A DNA stretch of 64,000 nucleotides from Moniliella sp. 'wahieum' (Eukaryota), in assembly GCA_003971905.1 (NCBI GenBank), contig RSEE01000005.1:620001-684000 (forward strand), read 5' to 3'. The notes below the pieces were generated by a model. That model saw only the letters and a list, made by a program, of their open reading frames with translations. It did not search any database and had not been told where the DNA came from. Shown in pieces: positions 24,073-38,078 of this stretch. Position 1 is the stretch's first letter, and every line of letters starts with the position of its first letter. Both the position numbers and the translations under genes were made by a program.

Positions 24073-27000
24073 TCAAAGAAGATACCCAGAAGGTACGACG
24101 CCCGTCTGGCCAGCATTGTTTTGGGCCAACCACCAGTCAGGGTCGCTGGATTGCAGGACGCGAACCTCTTGACCAGCAACTAATGGCAGCTCGGCCGGAC
24201 TCGACGCCGCATAGTCGTACCGGGCATGTGCCACAAACTCTTCGTCTTCTCTGGTCCCCGCGGCATCCTGCAAGGCAGACTGGATGCTGGGCCCCGTGTC
24301 CGATTCGGCGTCCGACTCGTCCAACGGGAAGCGAGCTCCAAAGGAGCCAAAGCCGGGACCGACTCGAGGCGCAGAACTGTCGGTAGAGTAGACAGGTCCA
24401 CTGCTGTACTCGCCCGACGCATTGTGGCCGGACTCGCCCGTGTCGCGTGGCCGTGGCTCGTCGCCACTCGTCGTGCCCGTCGTGGTGGAATCGCGCCCGG
24501 CGGGCTGGAGCAAGGTGCGGACGCCCACGGGCGCAAGGGGCGCGGCCCCACTGTCGGTAGAAACCAAGTACCCCGTCTCTCCACTTGTCGACGTTTGGTG
24601 GCCGGGTTCGCGACGGCCAACGAGGGGGACAGAACCGCGGGTGGCATACCCCGAGGTCGAGTAGCGGCCTGGGTCCATCGACGCAGATGCAGACCCACTC
24701 CCCCGCCCAGTTCCCGAGTTGGACGTTTCCACCCCTGTGCCTGTCCCGGTGCCCGTCCCGGTAGCATAGCCCGAGCTGGTATTGTATCCCGACCCGTACC
24801 CAGTCTCGGTGCCGTCAGAAATGTGTCCGCCCTGGACGGCAAAGCTTTGACGCCAGGGTCGGCGGCGGACGACTCGGAACTTCGATAGCCGTGGGTGGGG
24901 TGGTCTGGGTCGTCTGCAACGATCCGGATCGGCAGAGCGCCCACGATGCTCTGCTGGGAGTGAGAGCTGTCTTGGTGAGCCGAGTGGTTACTGACGTCAT
25001 GCTCCGGTCCCAACAGCGATGCCGCCGATGCTTGGGCCGAATGGGAATGCGAGCCGGACTGATCCTCGGGGGTCGATCCCGACGTGTTGGGTGGGTCATA
25101 CACCTCGGGCATCCCGTGCCAGCTCTTGATGTGTGCGCCCTTAGCCCCAAGCACGGTCTCAGCCTCGTTCTTCTCGTACCCGCTGTGTACGGGCGCCGCG
25201 CCAATAAAAAGACTTGCTCATCGGCCGCTGGCTGAAGAGCCGTCGGTCGTCGTGCAGGGTCGGATTGCGACGAGCGACGACTAGGAAGCAAACGCGCTGA
25301 AATGCCCGACCTCGTTGACGAAGGGGTCACATTCCGAGGTGATCGACGAGACAGCATCCGAGCCGGCCAGCCGGGTAAGCGCCAGAACTCGCTCAGTAGC
25401 TGCTTCAAGCGTGTTGAGCAGCGCATTTGCGTCCGACTTGGGGACATTGGGAGGAGTTTGCCTCCGCGCCGCACGGTTGGCTGCCGAGTTGCCAATGACG
25501 GCGAATGGACTGGGTTCATTGGCCAACCGACGACGGAGAATGAGCGCCAAGAGAAGAGCAAGAATGATGAGGATCAAGACGATGCCAAGACCAATAAAGA
25601 TGCTGATGCAAATCACGATGCCAACAGACAAATGGTGGGCATTGGCAAAGCGCAACGCATGGGTAGCACCATACGCCAATGCCCGCAGGCCCGCATTGTC
25701 CGTGGATCCAGCAGCAGCGACCGTCTTGAGCCAGGGTGTCCATCCGTTGGCGCCGTCATAAACAAAGCGCCTAGTAACCCGTAGGCTGCCGTTTGTAGCG
25801 AACCGCTGACGAGCAACACACGGTCCCGCTCCAGCGCCCCGTTCATCCCATTCCGGCTTTTGGATAGAGGCAGCACAGTGAGTTGAGAAATGCGGGTACC
25901 ACCCACCAGCTGTGCGCTTTGGTTGCCTGCGCCTCCATCCAAGAGAGAGAAGCCCGTGCCAGTCCAGATTGCCAAGTACGGGTTCTCACTCGAACCAGGA
26001 GCAGAGTCGTTGAACCTGAGCTGGCGTCGCCGGCAACCAAGATACGGGATGGACTGTAGTCGTCCACAGCCAGAGCGGCAGCAGGCCAGGAGCTTGGTTG
26101 GCACTTGATCCGATCGAGCCGTAGGCTGTCCAAGAAGAGTTACCAAAATGCCAACCTGCCAGAGCGGCATGGACCCCTCCGACTTCGAGCGAACCAGCGA
26201 CAACCAGAGTATTGGCCTTGTTCTACAAGGGAGATGGAGAAGAAGTAGTTAGTCGACATGTGCTTGGGGCAATAGAAACAACACGTACCTCAGAAAAGCC
26301 CACATCCGTCACATTGCCCGTCAGACCCGGCGCTTGGGACCAGCGGTGTTGGTTGGTATCCAAAAGACAGATCCCATTGCATGGCAGACTCCCAGCGGTA
26401 TCAAACTGTCCAGCAACGACGAGGGTGGTAGTGCTTGGACGAAGCACCACACGACGCACCACCACTTCCATTTCACTGGCAGTCAAGGGAGCAATGTTGG
26501 TCTCCCATGAGTTGGAGGAAAGGTTGTACATGTTGATCCCGCCCTCATACCCAACGTAGACCGAGTCATTGACGACCCTGAGAGAGTGGACCGTGCCCAG
26601 CGTACCCGAGGGGAAAGGGGCAACGCCCACCAACGTCCCGCTTCGGACATCTCCTTCCCCATCCGAATCGGACCCTGAACCAGAGGATGAGGAAGAGCCA
26701 CCGTCCGAACTGGACATGGGATACTTTGCCAAATTAGTAGCGTTGCCCGAAGCAAACTGGCCACCGATGAGCATCCAATCGCCGTGAGGGCCCTTCCAAA
26801 AGGCGGCGGTATGCATGTCGCTTGTAGGCACCAAAGGTGTCATATTTGTCGGGGAGGCACGAGGTGCTAATTCGGACCCAGATGCGTCTGTCACGCCGCT
26901 GCCTGCCAAATGAGACCGTCGATCTGAACCCTTGAGAGAGGCAGTCCAGCGAGCGAGAATGGTGGCATAGTCGGATTTGGGAGGTCGGGTCTCTTTCTTG

Positions 27001-29528
27001 GCATCCCCTGACGGAGACGGGGGGATAGCATCGAGAGTGTAGTTAAGCGAGCGAAGGGCAGGGAAAACTTGGTTCGAAGGTACGGACCCCAGCGATACGG
27101 CACCAGGCGCTGCCTGAGAAGCAAGGGCGGTGATATAGCCGGCAAGATAGGTCGCGTTGGGCAACCCTTGTGGCGTAGCGGACTTCGCGGACAGAGCAGC
27201 TTGAAGAGATCCAGCGACCAGCGCGTGTTCGTCCACCCATGCATTGGTCGTCAGGTTCCAGATTGCGTAGCTGCCCGTAGTTTGTCCAAAGGCACCGCCA
27301 GTGGAGGTCAAGGGGAAGCTACCCAAAAACAATATGCAGTCGGAACCAAGGTTTTGAATCGCAGACACAGGTCCAGGAAGCCCACCAGCAAGCGTGTCCC
27401 ACGTTGCGTTATCAACGTCAAAACGAGCAGCATGCAGAAGTTGCGTCTTGCCATCGGCGGTGGCACTGAAGTTCCCGCCAACGAAGACCCCCGAGGAAGT
27501 GGTCAGCAAGGCTGATACAGCCCCGTCCATCCCTCCACCCGGCAACACCATGGCCTCATACCGCGACGTGACGGCAGATTCCGTTGCATTAACAGGGGGC
27601 ACCATGACGATCAAGTTAGAAAAGGGAGTGCTGGTCGAGGTGGCGTTGGAAGTGGTGGTTCCATTGAACGATCCCCCGACCAAGACTTGATTGCCGGCAA
27701 TCGCGTACGCCGCTACATAGGATGGAGTCGTCAGCGCCAACGCCCCCATCCCAGCGGAAGCAGCGTCAAGGACTCCCGTTGTGACGTTGGTCACAATGGT
27801 AGTGTTGGGAAGAGGGGCATAGATGTCCGCCTCGAGCAGACCAAACCCACGCACGCTGGCAGGAGGCAAAGCAGAACTGTTGCGCAACACCGCATCCACC
27901 CGATTGACTGCGGCGGTCACCTGGCTTCCCTGCGCCGGAGCATCAACGGTGAGTGTCACGCTCGGTTTCCAGCTCTGGGTTCCCGCCGCAACAGGGCCAT
28001 CATACAACTGAACCGTCTCCACTTCTGATCCGGGTGCAGGAATGGCAGCCGTCCCAGCGGGGAGAGAAGAATTGAACTCAATGCTGGCCGACATGGAGCC
28101 CGCCGCGCCACAGGTTCCGGTATCGTTGCATCCGGGGATCGTAGCATACAGGGTATAGTTGCCTTCAACCTGGACGTCGAGATGGAAAGTAAGGGAACCC
28201 TGAGACGCGGCGGAGCGCGCGAGACTCAAAGCCCTCGGACGTATTGGCTCCGTTGGAGTAGGCACGATGGCTCCAACCACCGGTAGCGGATACGAAAGCC
28301 GTGAAGGACTCGGCTCCAGTCTGGTTGGACCGGCATTGGGCTCGGTTGAAACCTCGGTTGGCGTGAGCTGATGCGCCTGGACCCAGAAGTTGAACCAGGT
28401 GCAGGCCGGGCCCAGCGCCGATCCAGGAATCGACGCTGATGGTAAAGGAGGAGATGTCGACTGTGCCTGTAGGCGACAACTCGGCGTCGGCCAGAATAAA
28501 GTCCTGGTAGGGAATGGACGGAATCTGGGATATGGGGCAGGTGGTGGTACAAGTCGCATTCAACCCGGTTGAAGTGTCAGCGTAGATCAAGGTGACGGGA
28601 TTGTCGGACAAGGAGGTGGTCAGAGAAAAGTTGCCGGACCCACGGCCATTGGCAAACGTGTTGCCCAAGCGAAGGGCACGCGCAGGTGCGGTACGCAGCA
28701 AGTCCACAGTCAGGGACCCGGCGGTGCCATCGGGCCAAAGGAATGTCCCACCGCTGGCGCCATCGTTGGCTTGGGGACAGAGCAAATCAGAAGGGTCGCC
28801 GCTGCCCACTGCGCTGGCCTGAATGCTGGCACCGGCGAGGGAGACGGGACGCAGGGCCGAAGTGAGGGGACTGGCACTGCGATTGCCTCCGGCTCCAGGG
28901 AAGAGAGCTGGATGCTGAAGCCGCCAGCGAGTTGGGTTGTATCAGGAGATTGACCAGGGCCCAATGCGAAGACGGGGCCATCCAAGGCGGGGTACGGTTG
29001 GGGCCCCCAGGTAAAAGAGGTGGTATTCCAAATGGAAACGGAGCCACCAAAATCACCGGCGGCGACTATAGTCTGGTGAGTAGTGTCGCAGTGGATGGCA
29101 TGAACCGGCCCCGACAGGCCCTGGCCAAGGGGGTACCATGTGCCATTATTGCCATCAAGCGGCTGCCAACGGGCAACGTTCAGCGGGGACCCCCGCCAGG
29201 GAGGAGAAATTACCGGCGCGTAGAGTGCTGCGGGCTGCTGGGGCTGTTGGGGCATTTCGCAAAGCGCGTTGATGGAACCACCAGGGTCGGTAGCGGCCAA
29301 GGGGAAGACGGTGCCATTGGGGGCGCGCGCCAGAAGGGAGGCGGATGTGCTGGCTTGAGACTGGGAATTAGGCGTCCATAGCTCCAACCCAGCAAAGGCA
29401 CCCACCAGAGCGGCGCTGCCGAGCTGGTCAAAGTCGAGGGAAGGGAGCGCGCTGGAGGCGGCGAGGGCGGCGGCAGGTGCAGGTAGCGCGGCGAGGGCGA
29501 GAAGGACCGACGCGGCCACAGCAGCCAT
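24073..29528 (-). CDS. RAX2: Rax2-like cortical polarity marker: signal peptide, large ectodomain, one TM helix, C-terminal SH3
   Basis: Signal peptide then LPSLDFDQLGSAALVGAFAGL. LVVAGQFDTAGSLPCNGIC motif. TM VGIVICISIFIGLGIVLILIILALLLAL at ~25545-25625. SH3 HARYDY..ELPL..DWW..GVVPSGY at the C-terminus. Confidence 0.8.
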
Positions 29529-30670
29529 GGCCGCGGGGGACGTGGGTAGCGAAAGAAAGGGGGCTGAGAGGCGGGCTCGTCGGCTGGAGCGCGCGGGGAG
29601 GGCGGTGGGGGAGGAAGGAGGAGCGGGTGGGAGAAGAGCAGCAGCAGGGGTGGAGCGCGGCGGACTCATTCAGACATGCTGCCGGACGGCCGGCAGAAGA
29701 GGCAAAGGAAGGTGAGGTGGTGGTGGAGGCGGGCGGGGATGGGATGGGATGGGGATGGGATGGGGATGAGATGGGGATGGGGATGGGGTGGATGGGATGG
29801 CCGGTGGGCGGAAGGGGCGGAGGCAGGTGATGGCGAAGGTGATGGCGATGGCCGAGAGCGAGCTGGGCGCCAGCAGGCAAAGATGGGTAGGCACTAGGCC
29901 CTGGACCGAGGACGCTGGGCCCTGGGCAGCAGAGGCAGCGCAGTGCCTGGGGCGTGCAGGCTACGGAGTACTCCTGCGGCCAATCGCCGCTGAAAACACT
30001 CGAAGGCTGGGCAGGAGCTGGGCAGGCCAGAGGCGTTTCTGCAGCTCTGCCAGCCGCCGCTGGCTGCCACTGCGCCACGGCACCACCCGTGCGCTAGCTG
30101 GGCCCCCGCTCGCTGCGGCACACTGGCCTCACGCCTCCCCTGGCCCTCACGCATGGATCCGCTCTCAGCCGCTCGGCGGCTGTCAAGACGTCAATCGCTG
30201 CCAGGTGGCGCCCACCCACCCTCCCAGGCGCTGACAGGCACAGGGGCACTCCCTGGACAGCTGGCCGCCGCGCCGATCCTCACCCAGGCTGCATCGGTGT
30301 CGAGCTCTGTTGTGTTTGCTGGGCACGCCCACGGGGGCACTCCTGCCGCGCCTGGCCCCACCCTGGCCCTTGCACCCATTCTAGCTGATGCATGCATGAT
30401 GCATGAGGCAGGTCGGGGATGTCCCATGTCACGTGCCGCATGCCACATGCCACATACCCCAGGCGGCCGATGATGTCATCGACTGTCCGCATGCCAGGAT
30501 GAAATCCGCCATCATGCATCCAGCACCATGCATGACGCATGCAGGCCATGTCAAATTTCAAATGTCACTAGTCACTAGTCGCTGGCACGCGTCACGCGTC
30601 AGCGTGACAAGCACAGGCGCGGGCCGAAATGTCAACATTGTCAACCTCAAATAAGCGCAGCCCTGGCCTG

Positions 30671-30750
30671 AACGTTCAACGTTCAATGTTCAATGTTCAA
30701 TGTGCAATGTGCAATGTTCAATGTTCAATGTTCAATGTTCAATGTTCAAC
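30671..30750. repeat. Heptamer array (TCAACGT/TCAATGT)n in the RAX2-UBR1 divergent promoter
   Basis: About 11 units directly visible. Confidence 0.9.
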
Positions 30751-31182
30751 CATCCAAACGTTCCTCAAATTCGTCGCAGCCGCCAAAGAACGGCTTACGG
30801 CAGGGCACGTGATGTGGCCCAAACGCACACGCCATCCCCAGGCCGGCCTGCGCTGGCTGGTGGCGGCGGGGTGGGGAGAGGCGGAGAGGAGGCCTCAAGG
30901 GCAGCGTCGTGGGCGGTGGCCGTGGCGGTGGCGCGGCAGAGGGTGGCCGAGGCAGGCCAGGGCGCCATGCGCCAGCGCACCGAGGGCAGCCACGCTCCAC
31001 GACAGCCCAGGACGGCCATCGCCCATCCCAGCTCCGACGGCGGCGCATTCAGTGGGACGCAGCTTGAACGTTCAAGCCCAACGTTCAGTTCAGCTCAACG
31101 CAACGCCCCATCGCGTCATCCATCCCCCACACCCACCACCACCTCCGCCGCCGCCCCTTCCATGCCCTTCCCCCCGGCCAGT

Positions 31183-34100
31183 ATGGCGTCGGGGGCCCCC
31201 AGGCACGCCGCCCGCTGCCCATGCACCCCGTGGCCAACCAGCGGCCGGGCGCCATCCCAAACGGCCACGCCCGCCCCCCAAGCGTCCCCGCCTTCGTTCG
31301 CCGCTTCCTCCCCACCCATCCGCTCGCCTGGCCGCCCTTGCCTACTGGCCGCTCCCCCAGCGACTTCGCGCTTCCCTCCGACCTCAAGCAGGCGCTCTGG
31401 CGCGACCTTCTTACCCAAATAACCCACGTCCTCCCCGATGCTTACGCCATCCGCCTCCTCCTCCCGCCGCCCACCGAAGCCGCGGCGGACGACAATGTCA
31501 CCTCCGTCGACCAGCTACTCCGCCTGCTTCACCAATCCTCCTACTCGCTTCACGACACCCAGCGTGCATATTTTTCCCGCCACGGCATCAACCCCGCCCA
31601 GGCCCAGGCCCGCCACAAGGGCAAGACGCGCGCCGCCCCCGCCTCCACTGCTTCCAGCGCTTCCGCCCCTACCCTGGATCCCAGCTCTGAAGTCCTGCCA
31701 GGCCCCATACCTTCGCTGTGTGGCCGTATCATCCGCAAGGGTGAAGCCTTTTACCGTTGTCGGTACGTGCACATTCTGCCTCTCATTAACCCCCCCCCCC
31801 CCCTGTCAATTTAGCCTCTCTGCTAACGTGGCATTCTTCATCAGGGACTGCGCCCATGACGAAACATGTGTTCAATGCCCACCCTGCTTTGATGCATCCC
31901 ATCATAAGGGTCACGATGTAATTTTTACGATCGCGGCCGACAGTGGTGCTTGCTGTGACTGTGGAGACCACGAGGCATGGAACCGAACGTTAGGATGCCC
32001 GAGGCACGATCCCTCTCCAGGTACCTGTGCTTCCGGCAACTCTTCTGTGCGGGACGATGTAATGGAGGCCGAGGACAGTGGCTCAGTTTCTTCCGATGCC
32101 GACCTGTCTGACGTGCTGAACGGCATCCACCCTGGCGTGCTTGATGCCTTGCAGGAGCACATCCGCCTTTGCCTCGACATGATCCTCGACACACTTGAGC
32201 ATGCTCCAGACCGGGTTGGCATTCCGGTCTCTTCCGATGCGCCTAGTTTGATCGAACGTTCTCCCAGTGTGGATCCCTACGACCCTGTGCTCTGCTGTCT
32301 TTCACTGCGTCTCCCCCCAACCGGCTTGCTGGCCGGAGCATACTGACTCCTGACCGACCCTCCGACTCGGCTTTTCCGACCATGAGCAATGGGTTGGACT
32401 ATTACGATGCCCCCGAGGACCCCCTTGCCTCTCGCCTGGCGACACTGCAACCGAGGACGACCCAATGGACGAAAGCGAGGATGGCGCCGCTGCCCCTTCC
32501 TCTTCGGATCACAGCCCGCCCTCGCAACAAGTTGATGTTAGTGGGCTCTTTGGTCCGTCCCGTTGGAGCCGGTCATCGACCATGGACGATGTACAGTATG
32601 CACCAGACGCTACCCCCTCCAGGTCCGGGGATGGAGGACTCTTTGCCCTCGTGGGATCCACGTGGCCTCGCGCGTGTTCGCACTCTCCGCCGCGCCAAAG
32701 CCGCCTTTGGTGCAGAGGAAGAGTCCCGAGATCACTTCGAACAACGCCATTACACTCTTCTAGTCTGGAATGACGAGTTTCATGACTACCCTGCCGTCAT
32801 GAGCATCCTGTCTGACGTGACGGGAATGAGCACTGCTAAGGCCAAGGACGCCGTCGACGAGATGGATCAACTGGGCCGGGTCATACTCTCCATCTCGACG
32901 GATGTACGAGACATGCTCATGGCAGCTCTGCAGATCTCTGCGGTAAACCTGGCCGTTTCCATTCGCCCTGCCTACGACGTTTTTGCGGAGGATGTGGCCG
33001 CTCAGCTGTGGTCCCATTTGATCGACCTGGCCTCGTCGTTCTTGTTTTTGACAGAAGGAGACCCGTCTTTTGCTTCGGCCAACGCATTGCGGATCATTTT
33101 AACCGACCAACTCGTTCAGCCGTGGGAACATATGTATCCCATTACGCACGATCGCATGTCGACTCAATTTTTTGACTCAAGCGACTTGCGCAAACTTGAT
33201 GGCCTCCTGATCCTCGAATCCAAGCTACCCAAGAAGCCCGGATGGACTTCAAGTCACTTTTACTTGTTTGTCTCCGGACACGAAAGACACGAAAGGAACT
33301 CGGTATGTCACCCTCCCCGGAGTTGCAGTTAGCATGTGGTACTAATCTCGTATGTGGACAGCACTTCGTTTCTCGGCCATGTACGCCAGCATGGTTGAAA
33401 CGTTTATACTTCGTGAACGCGAGGAGGACCATTCGATCACCTCTTTGGCCGTCCAATTTTTCCCCATCCCATCCATTGCTACGATGCTCGTCCAGTCCCA
33501 TGGATTTCTGGAACGCGTGTTGGACATTTTAAGAGCGCTGACCACCAGCAGAGCCAGAATGCATGGTCTGGGTCTCTATCTGCCTCCCCCTCTTTCAGAC
33601 GAGGCTGACCCAAGAAACCCCTTGTTCCGGGAACAACGGTGCTACTCGCTCTACTATGTTCTGCGCAACCTCCTCGCTGCCCCGGGCGTCCAAGAGCTGC
33701 TGGTCACCAATCCAGTCCATCTCGATTCCCTCTTGAGGTTCTTCGCCCTCTTCACGGGCATCTCTCCGGACGTGCGTAGAACCGGGGAGCACTTGGAGTT
33801 CGAGTCGGAACTGTGGGTGCCGGTGTTCCACGTGAGCTCTCACTTGGGTAGAACGGCCAAGCTAATTGGCGAAGCGTTTGGCCGTGCGACCTCGTCGCAG
33901 CTCCTTGAGGCGGTCATGTCGGTTCTGGACGCTATTGCTGAAGATTGGGACGCCATTCCGAGAAGAACCAAGCCGTCCTACCCCCCTCTTGCCTGGCACA
34001 TTGTCGACTGGGCGGGTCAGAGTTCCAGGTTGTCCAGTATGATGTGGCGAGCCAACCGGTTTCATTCCACCACCCCATGCACTGGATCCTGGCCGAGCTG

Positions 34101-37100
34101 TTGCATCATGACCGGCTTTTGTCTTATGACGCCCTGCAACCGCTTGTCTCGGACGAAACGCGCGCCGCGCTCTTCATGGCAGATCAGGAGAACGATCGCG
34201 GCTCTTGTCCGTCCTCCTTACCCAGGACACCTCACAACCGTTCGGACGGCTTGGCTTGGATTGCGGCTGGCAAGTCGTCTTTGACCTACCGCTTCGCGTG
34301 ATTGTCAAGGTAGCCCAAGAGCACGTGGGAATGTGGGTGCGCAACGGGTTTGCACTGCGGTCCCAAGCTACGCATTACCGTGGAAGCCAGATGCGGAGTC
34401 ATGTACAACCAAGACCTGTATCTGCTGCAGTGCGGGTTCCTTCTTCTCGACCAACGCTGGCTCGTCACCATTCTGGACCGATTTGGAATTTTGGATTTTG
34501 TGAAAACGTTCCCGGTCCCTCCGAGTCCGACGGCGCAAGGTATTTCGGAGGAGCACAAGTTGGGATTGCTGGATGAGTGTCTGCTCTTACTTGTCCATCT
34601 TTTGACCGAGGCGAGCATCTGTGGTGGCTGGACCGTGCCGAGCAGATCCGGCATGAGATTGTCCACTTCCTCGCGTTTGGCCCGAGTACGTTTAGTGACA
34701 TTGCCCAAGGCATCTCAACCCGCAGTGCCGACAATCCGTCCTTCAACACGTCCTGATGGATGTGGCAAACTACCTTCCGCCCACGGGGGTCGCCAGCCAA
34801 GGAATGTTTGAACTCAAGCCAGAATGCTTCAAGGAAGTACGCCCTTACTTTGTTCACTACTCCCGCAATCAGCGTGAGAAAGCAGAGGAACTGTTGATGG
34901 AGAGATACAAGAAGAAACATACCAGCTCCAACGGCCAGCTCGCCCCGGGATCCAACCCAGTTGAGGTCTGGGCTGCCCGCCGGCCCCGGATTGAGGCTGG
35001 CACCCTCTTTTCCGATCCCTACTTTCTCTCCGTCATGCTCATCCCAGTTCCTCGCCTTGTTGGCCGGTAGCATCCATGTTGTGCGCGCCATCCTGGAACG
35101 CGAAGCACAGGAAGTCAAGGTGCCCGATACGCTCCTCGACTCACTCCTCCAATTGTGCTCGGCAGGACTGGCCTGCCACGGTATGCATTCGTTGAGCAGC
35201 TACTCCTCCCGCTTTCGCCCCATCTCCAGCCGCAGTACCGGGACAGGGCTCCGCCCCTCTGCTCCTCCTTCTCTGTTGGCTCGAAAGTGACGATAAATTC
35301 AAGCAGCACCGCTCCAAAATCTCTTGGTTGCTGGAGCAAGCCGCTCAGCTGGCCCAATCGGCCCAAGGTGAGCGGGGTTGGAGCGTGTCACGGCTCTCTT
35401 CCGCTCGGCGGGCAAGACGGTCGCTGCGGCGGAGAAGGACGCGTCCGAGCGGAAGCGGCTTGAGGAGCGGCGTGCCGCTGCCCGCGCCCGCCAGTCGGCC
35501 ATCATGAAAAAGTTCACCCAACAGCAGCAAAACTTGCTCAAATCGTTTGACGACGATGACGACGACGACGGCGACGACGGTGACAATGCCACAGGTTCGC
35601 ACGATGGCATGGACACCTCCATTACCGACAACCCGGCCAAGGGCGAAGGGAAGGCTGAGGGTCACGAGCGGTCTCGTGCCTCGCATTTAACGGACGAGGA
35701 GGTCTCGCTCAAGTATGGCAGTTGCATCTTGTGTCAGGATGGGCTCAAACCGAGTACGCCCTTTGGCATGTTGGTCCACATCCAGCAGGGTCGCACCATG
35801 CGTATTCTTCCCTGTGCCGATCTGGAAGCACTGGGACAAAGCGTGGACACGCCTCTGACCCTGGACCGGGGCAACATGGCGGCCAAAGCGCACGAGGAGC
35901 ATGTGGCAAGCGGGGGCACTGCGCCTGCCCGATCCAAGGATGTGCCTCGCTTGCGGGGTACCCCGGCCAACTACACTAGCTGGCCCACAGAGGATCCTAG
36001 ACGTCCTGCCGGATCCTTTCCTCCCGCTTTCAACCGACCGGGGCTGTACACCACCACCTGCGGCCACATGATGCACAGCTCGTGCTTCGACACGTACTGT
36101 CAAACTGTCGATGCGAGACACCAGCAGCAAATCTCGCGCCAAGCCCCTGAGAACTTGGCCAGATTGGAAGTGGTCTGTCCGCTGTGCAAAGCCTTGGGCA
36201 ACGCGCTTCTGCCCCTCCCCGACGCGCACAAGTGAGGCACTAACCGATCAAGTCGACTACCAGCCGGACACACGCACATTGCCCGACTGGATCAGAAAGG
36301 TCAACATTGACATTCTCAAGTGGAACAAACCCATCGACTTGCAAGAGTCCCACACGGGCTCAGGCACCTTCAAGCCGTGGTATGCCGACGAGCCGACGGG
36401 CGCGCTTCCGAAAAGCCAGCAAACCAACCAGTTGCTCTGGGAACCGGCGACAGAGGCCATGCTTTTGCGTCTGCTCAGCGTCACCCGGCTCCAAGCCAGC
36501 GACATGAAGGGGCTGATGACCAAGATGCAACAGCGCACCATTTTGGCCCTGCCAAGTCGGAGAATGTACATGCCACAAGACTTGTTGGGCTACACATTGT
36601 CGATGATCGAAGTGGCCCAACGTGGCCGCGCGGCCCAAAACTCAGTGGTGGACAGTATGAAGGAATCGACAATGTACTTGTTGCGAGGAATGCTCCATTC
36701 GCTCCGGTTGAGGGCGATGCTGACCCCACAGGGGGAGAATGCGCAAGAGATGATCCGGCAAGGCTTGCTCAAACGGCTCCTGCCCCATTGGTTGACGGAC
36801 GAATCGGTCGGTCGCCTCTCATCTTGCGCGATCCCATTAGCATCCTGGTTGAGGCGGCGGTCATCATGCCGGAAGAACTGGACCACATCATCACTCTCAT
36901 GTACTACGTCAACCTGGTTCAACTTGTCTTTGGTCTGGCCCAACCATGCATGTGGCCCCCGGGTACAAAGGGCTATCACAAGTACCGCAGTCTTTTTGCT
37001 CGCAGATCGGCCGCGGCGACGCCAATCATGCCCTCCCAGCCGCAATCTGCGCCCGACGCGTCTCCTACCGGTATGAACCCAGTTGACGTGGCTGCCGCCC

Positions 37101-38078
37101 GAGAGATTTTCCCCGACGTACGCTGGATGGTGGCCAACATCATTGGCCTCGTCGGCTACGCCAGAGGCAACATCTCCCTTGGTGTCGACCACTTGGAGGA
37201 CGACACGTTGTCCAAACTGCTCTGCACTCACACGCTTCCTTTCTTGCGCCGGGCTGCCATCCTGCGTGCTGCCGTGTTTGGCTCGAATGCGCCTGCGGCG
37301 ACGCGCGTCCAGACAGAGGCCGCCGCTCCCGAGGCCAGGGCCGGAGCGGGAGAATGTCAGAGTACATGCGTCTAATGCGGAGTTTGGCCATCCCCTTGCC
37401 CAGCACAGCGCTGCCGGCACGAAACGAGCGACAAACGTCGTTGGTGGGCATCATTGACAGCTGGATCAAGCAGGCTTACGTCCCTCTTGTCACGCTGTTC
37501 CAGCCCTTACCGATCCAGTATTCGTTGACCACGCCAGCCAGTGGCGCTGGCGCCGGTGGACCCCACCACCTTCCTGGCGCACCGACGCATCCGATCCTGT
37601 TGCTGGAGCATGCCGGGCTGTACGAGCTGATTGACTTACCCGACGACCTGGCCACGCTCGTACAGCAGACCAACCAGCGAAAGTGCAAGCGCGTGGTAAG
37701 CCCCCGGCCGATCCGGCGTTGTGTCTGCTGTGTGGGGAGGTGGTGTGCTACCAATCCTTCTGCTGTCAATCCGAGGACGGCAAGAGCGGGGAATGCAACC
37801 AGCACTGCGACGAATGTGGGGGCGATGTGGGCCTGTTCTTTAAGATCAAGACGAACGTCATCCTCGCCCTCTGCAAGGGCAATGGTACGTTTATCTTTAG
37901 TCCCTACCTCGATGTCCATGGCGAAGTGGACATTGGCCTGCGCAAGGGCCGGGTCCAGCGCTTGCACCGCCAACGCTACGACGACCTGCGCAAGCAGTGG
38001 CTCACCCATGACATCCCCAACACTGTCGCGCGCAAAATCGAAGCGACGCACGACTCGGGCGGCTGGAGCACCTTCTAA
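31183..38078 (+). CDS. UBR1: N-end-rule E3 ubiquitin ligase
   Basis: UBR box [36 protein letters not shown], ClpS-like LVWNDEFHD, GMWVRNG, RING-H2 CILCQ..TCGHMMH..CPLCKALGN, C-terminal PYLDVHGEVD. Introns 31763-31844 and ~33303-33361. Confidence 0.95.

Noticed and set aside
24073..24240. SH3 fused to Rax2 as a novel architecture
   Set aside because: To my knowledge a C-terminal SH3 occurs in other basidiomycete Rax2 homologues.
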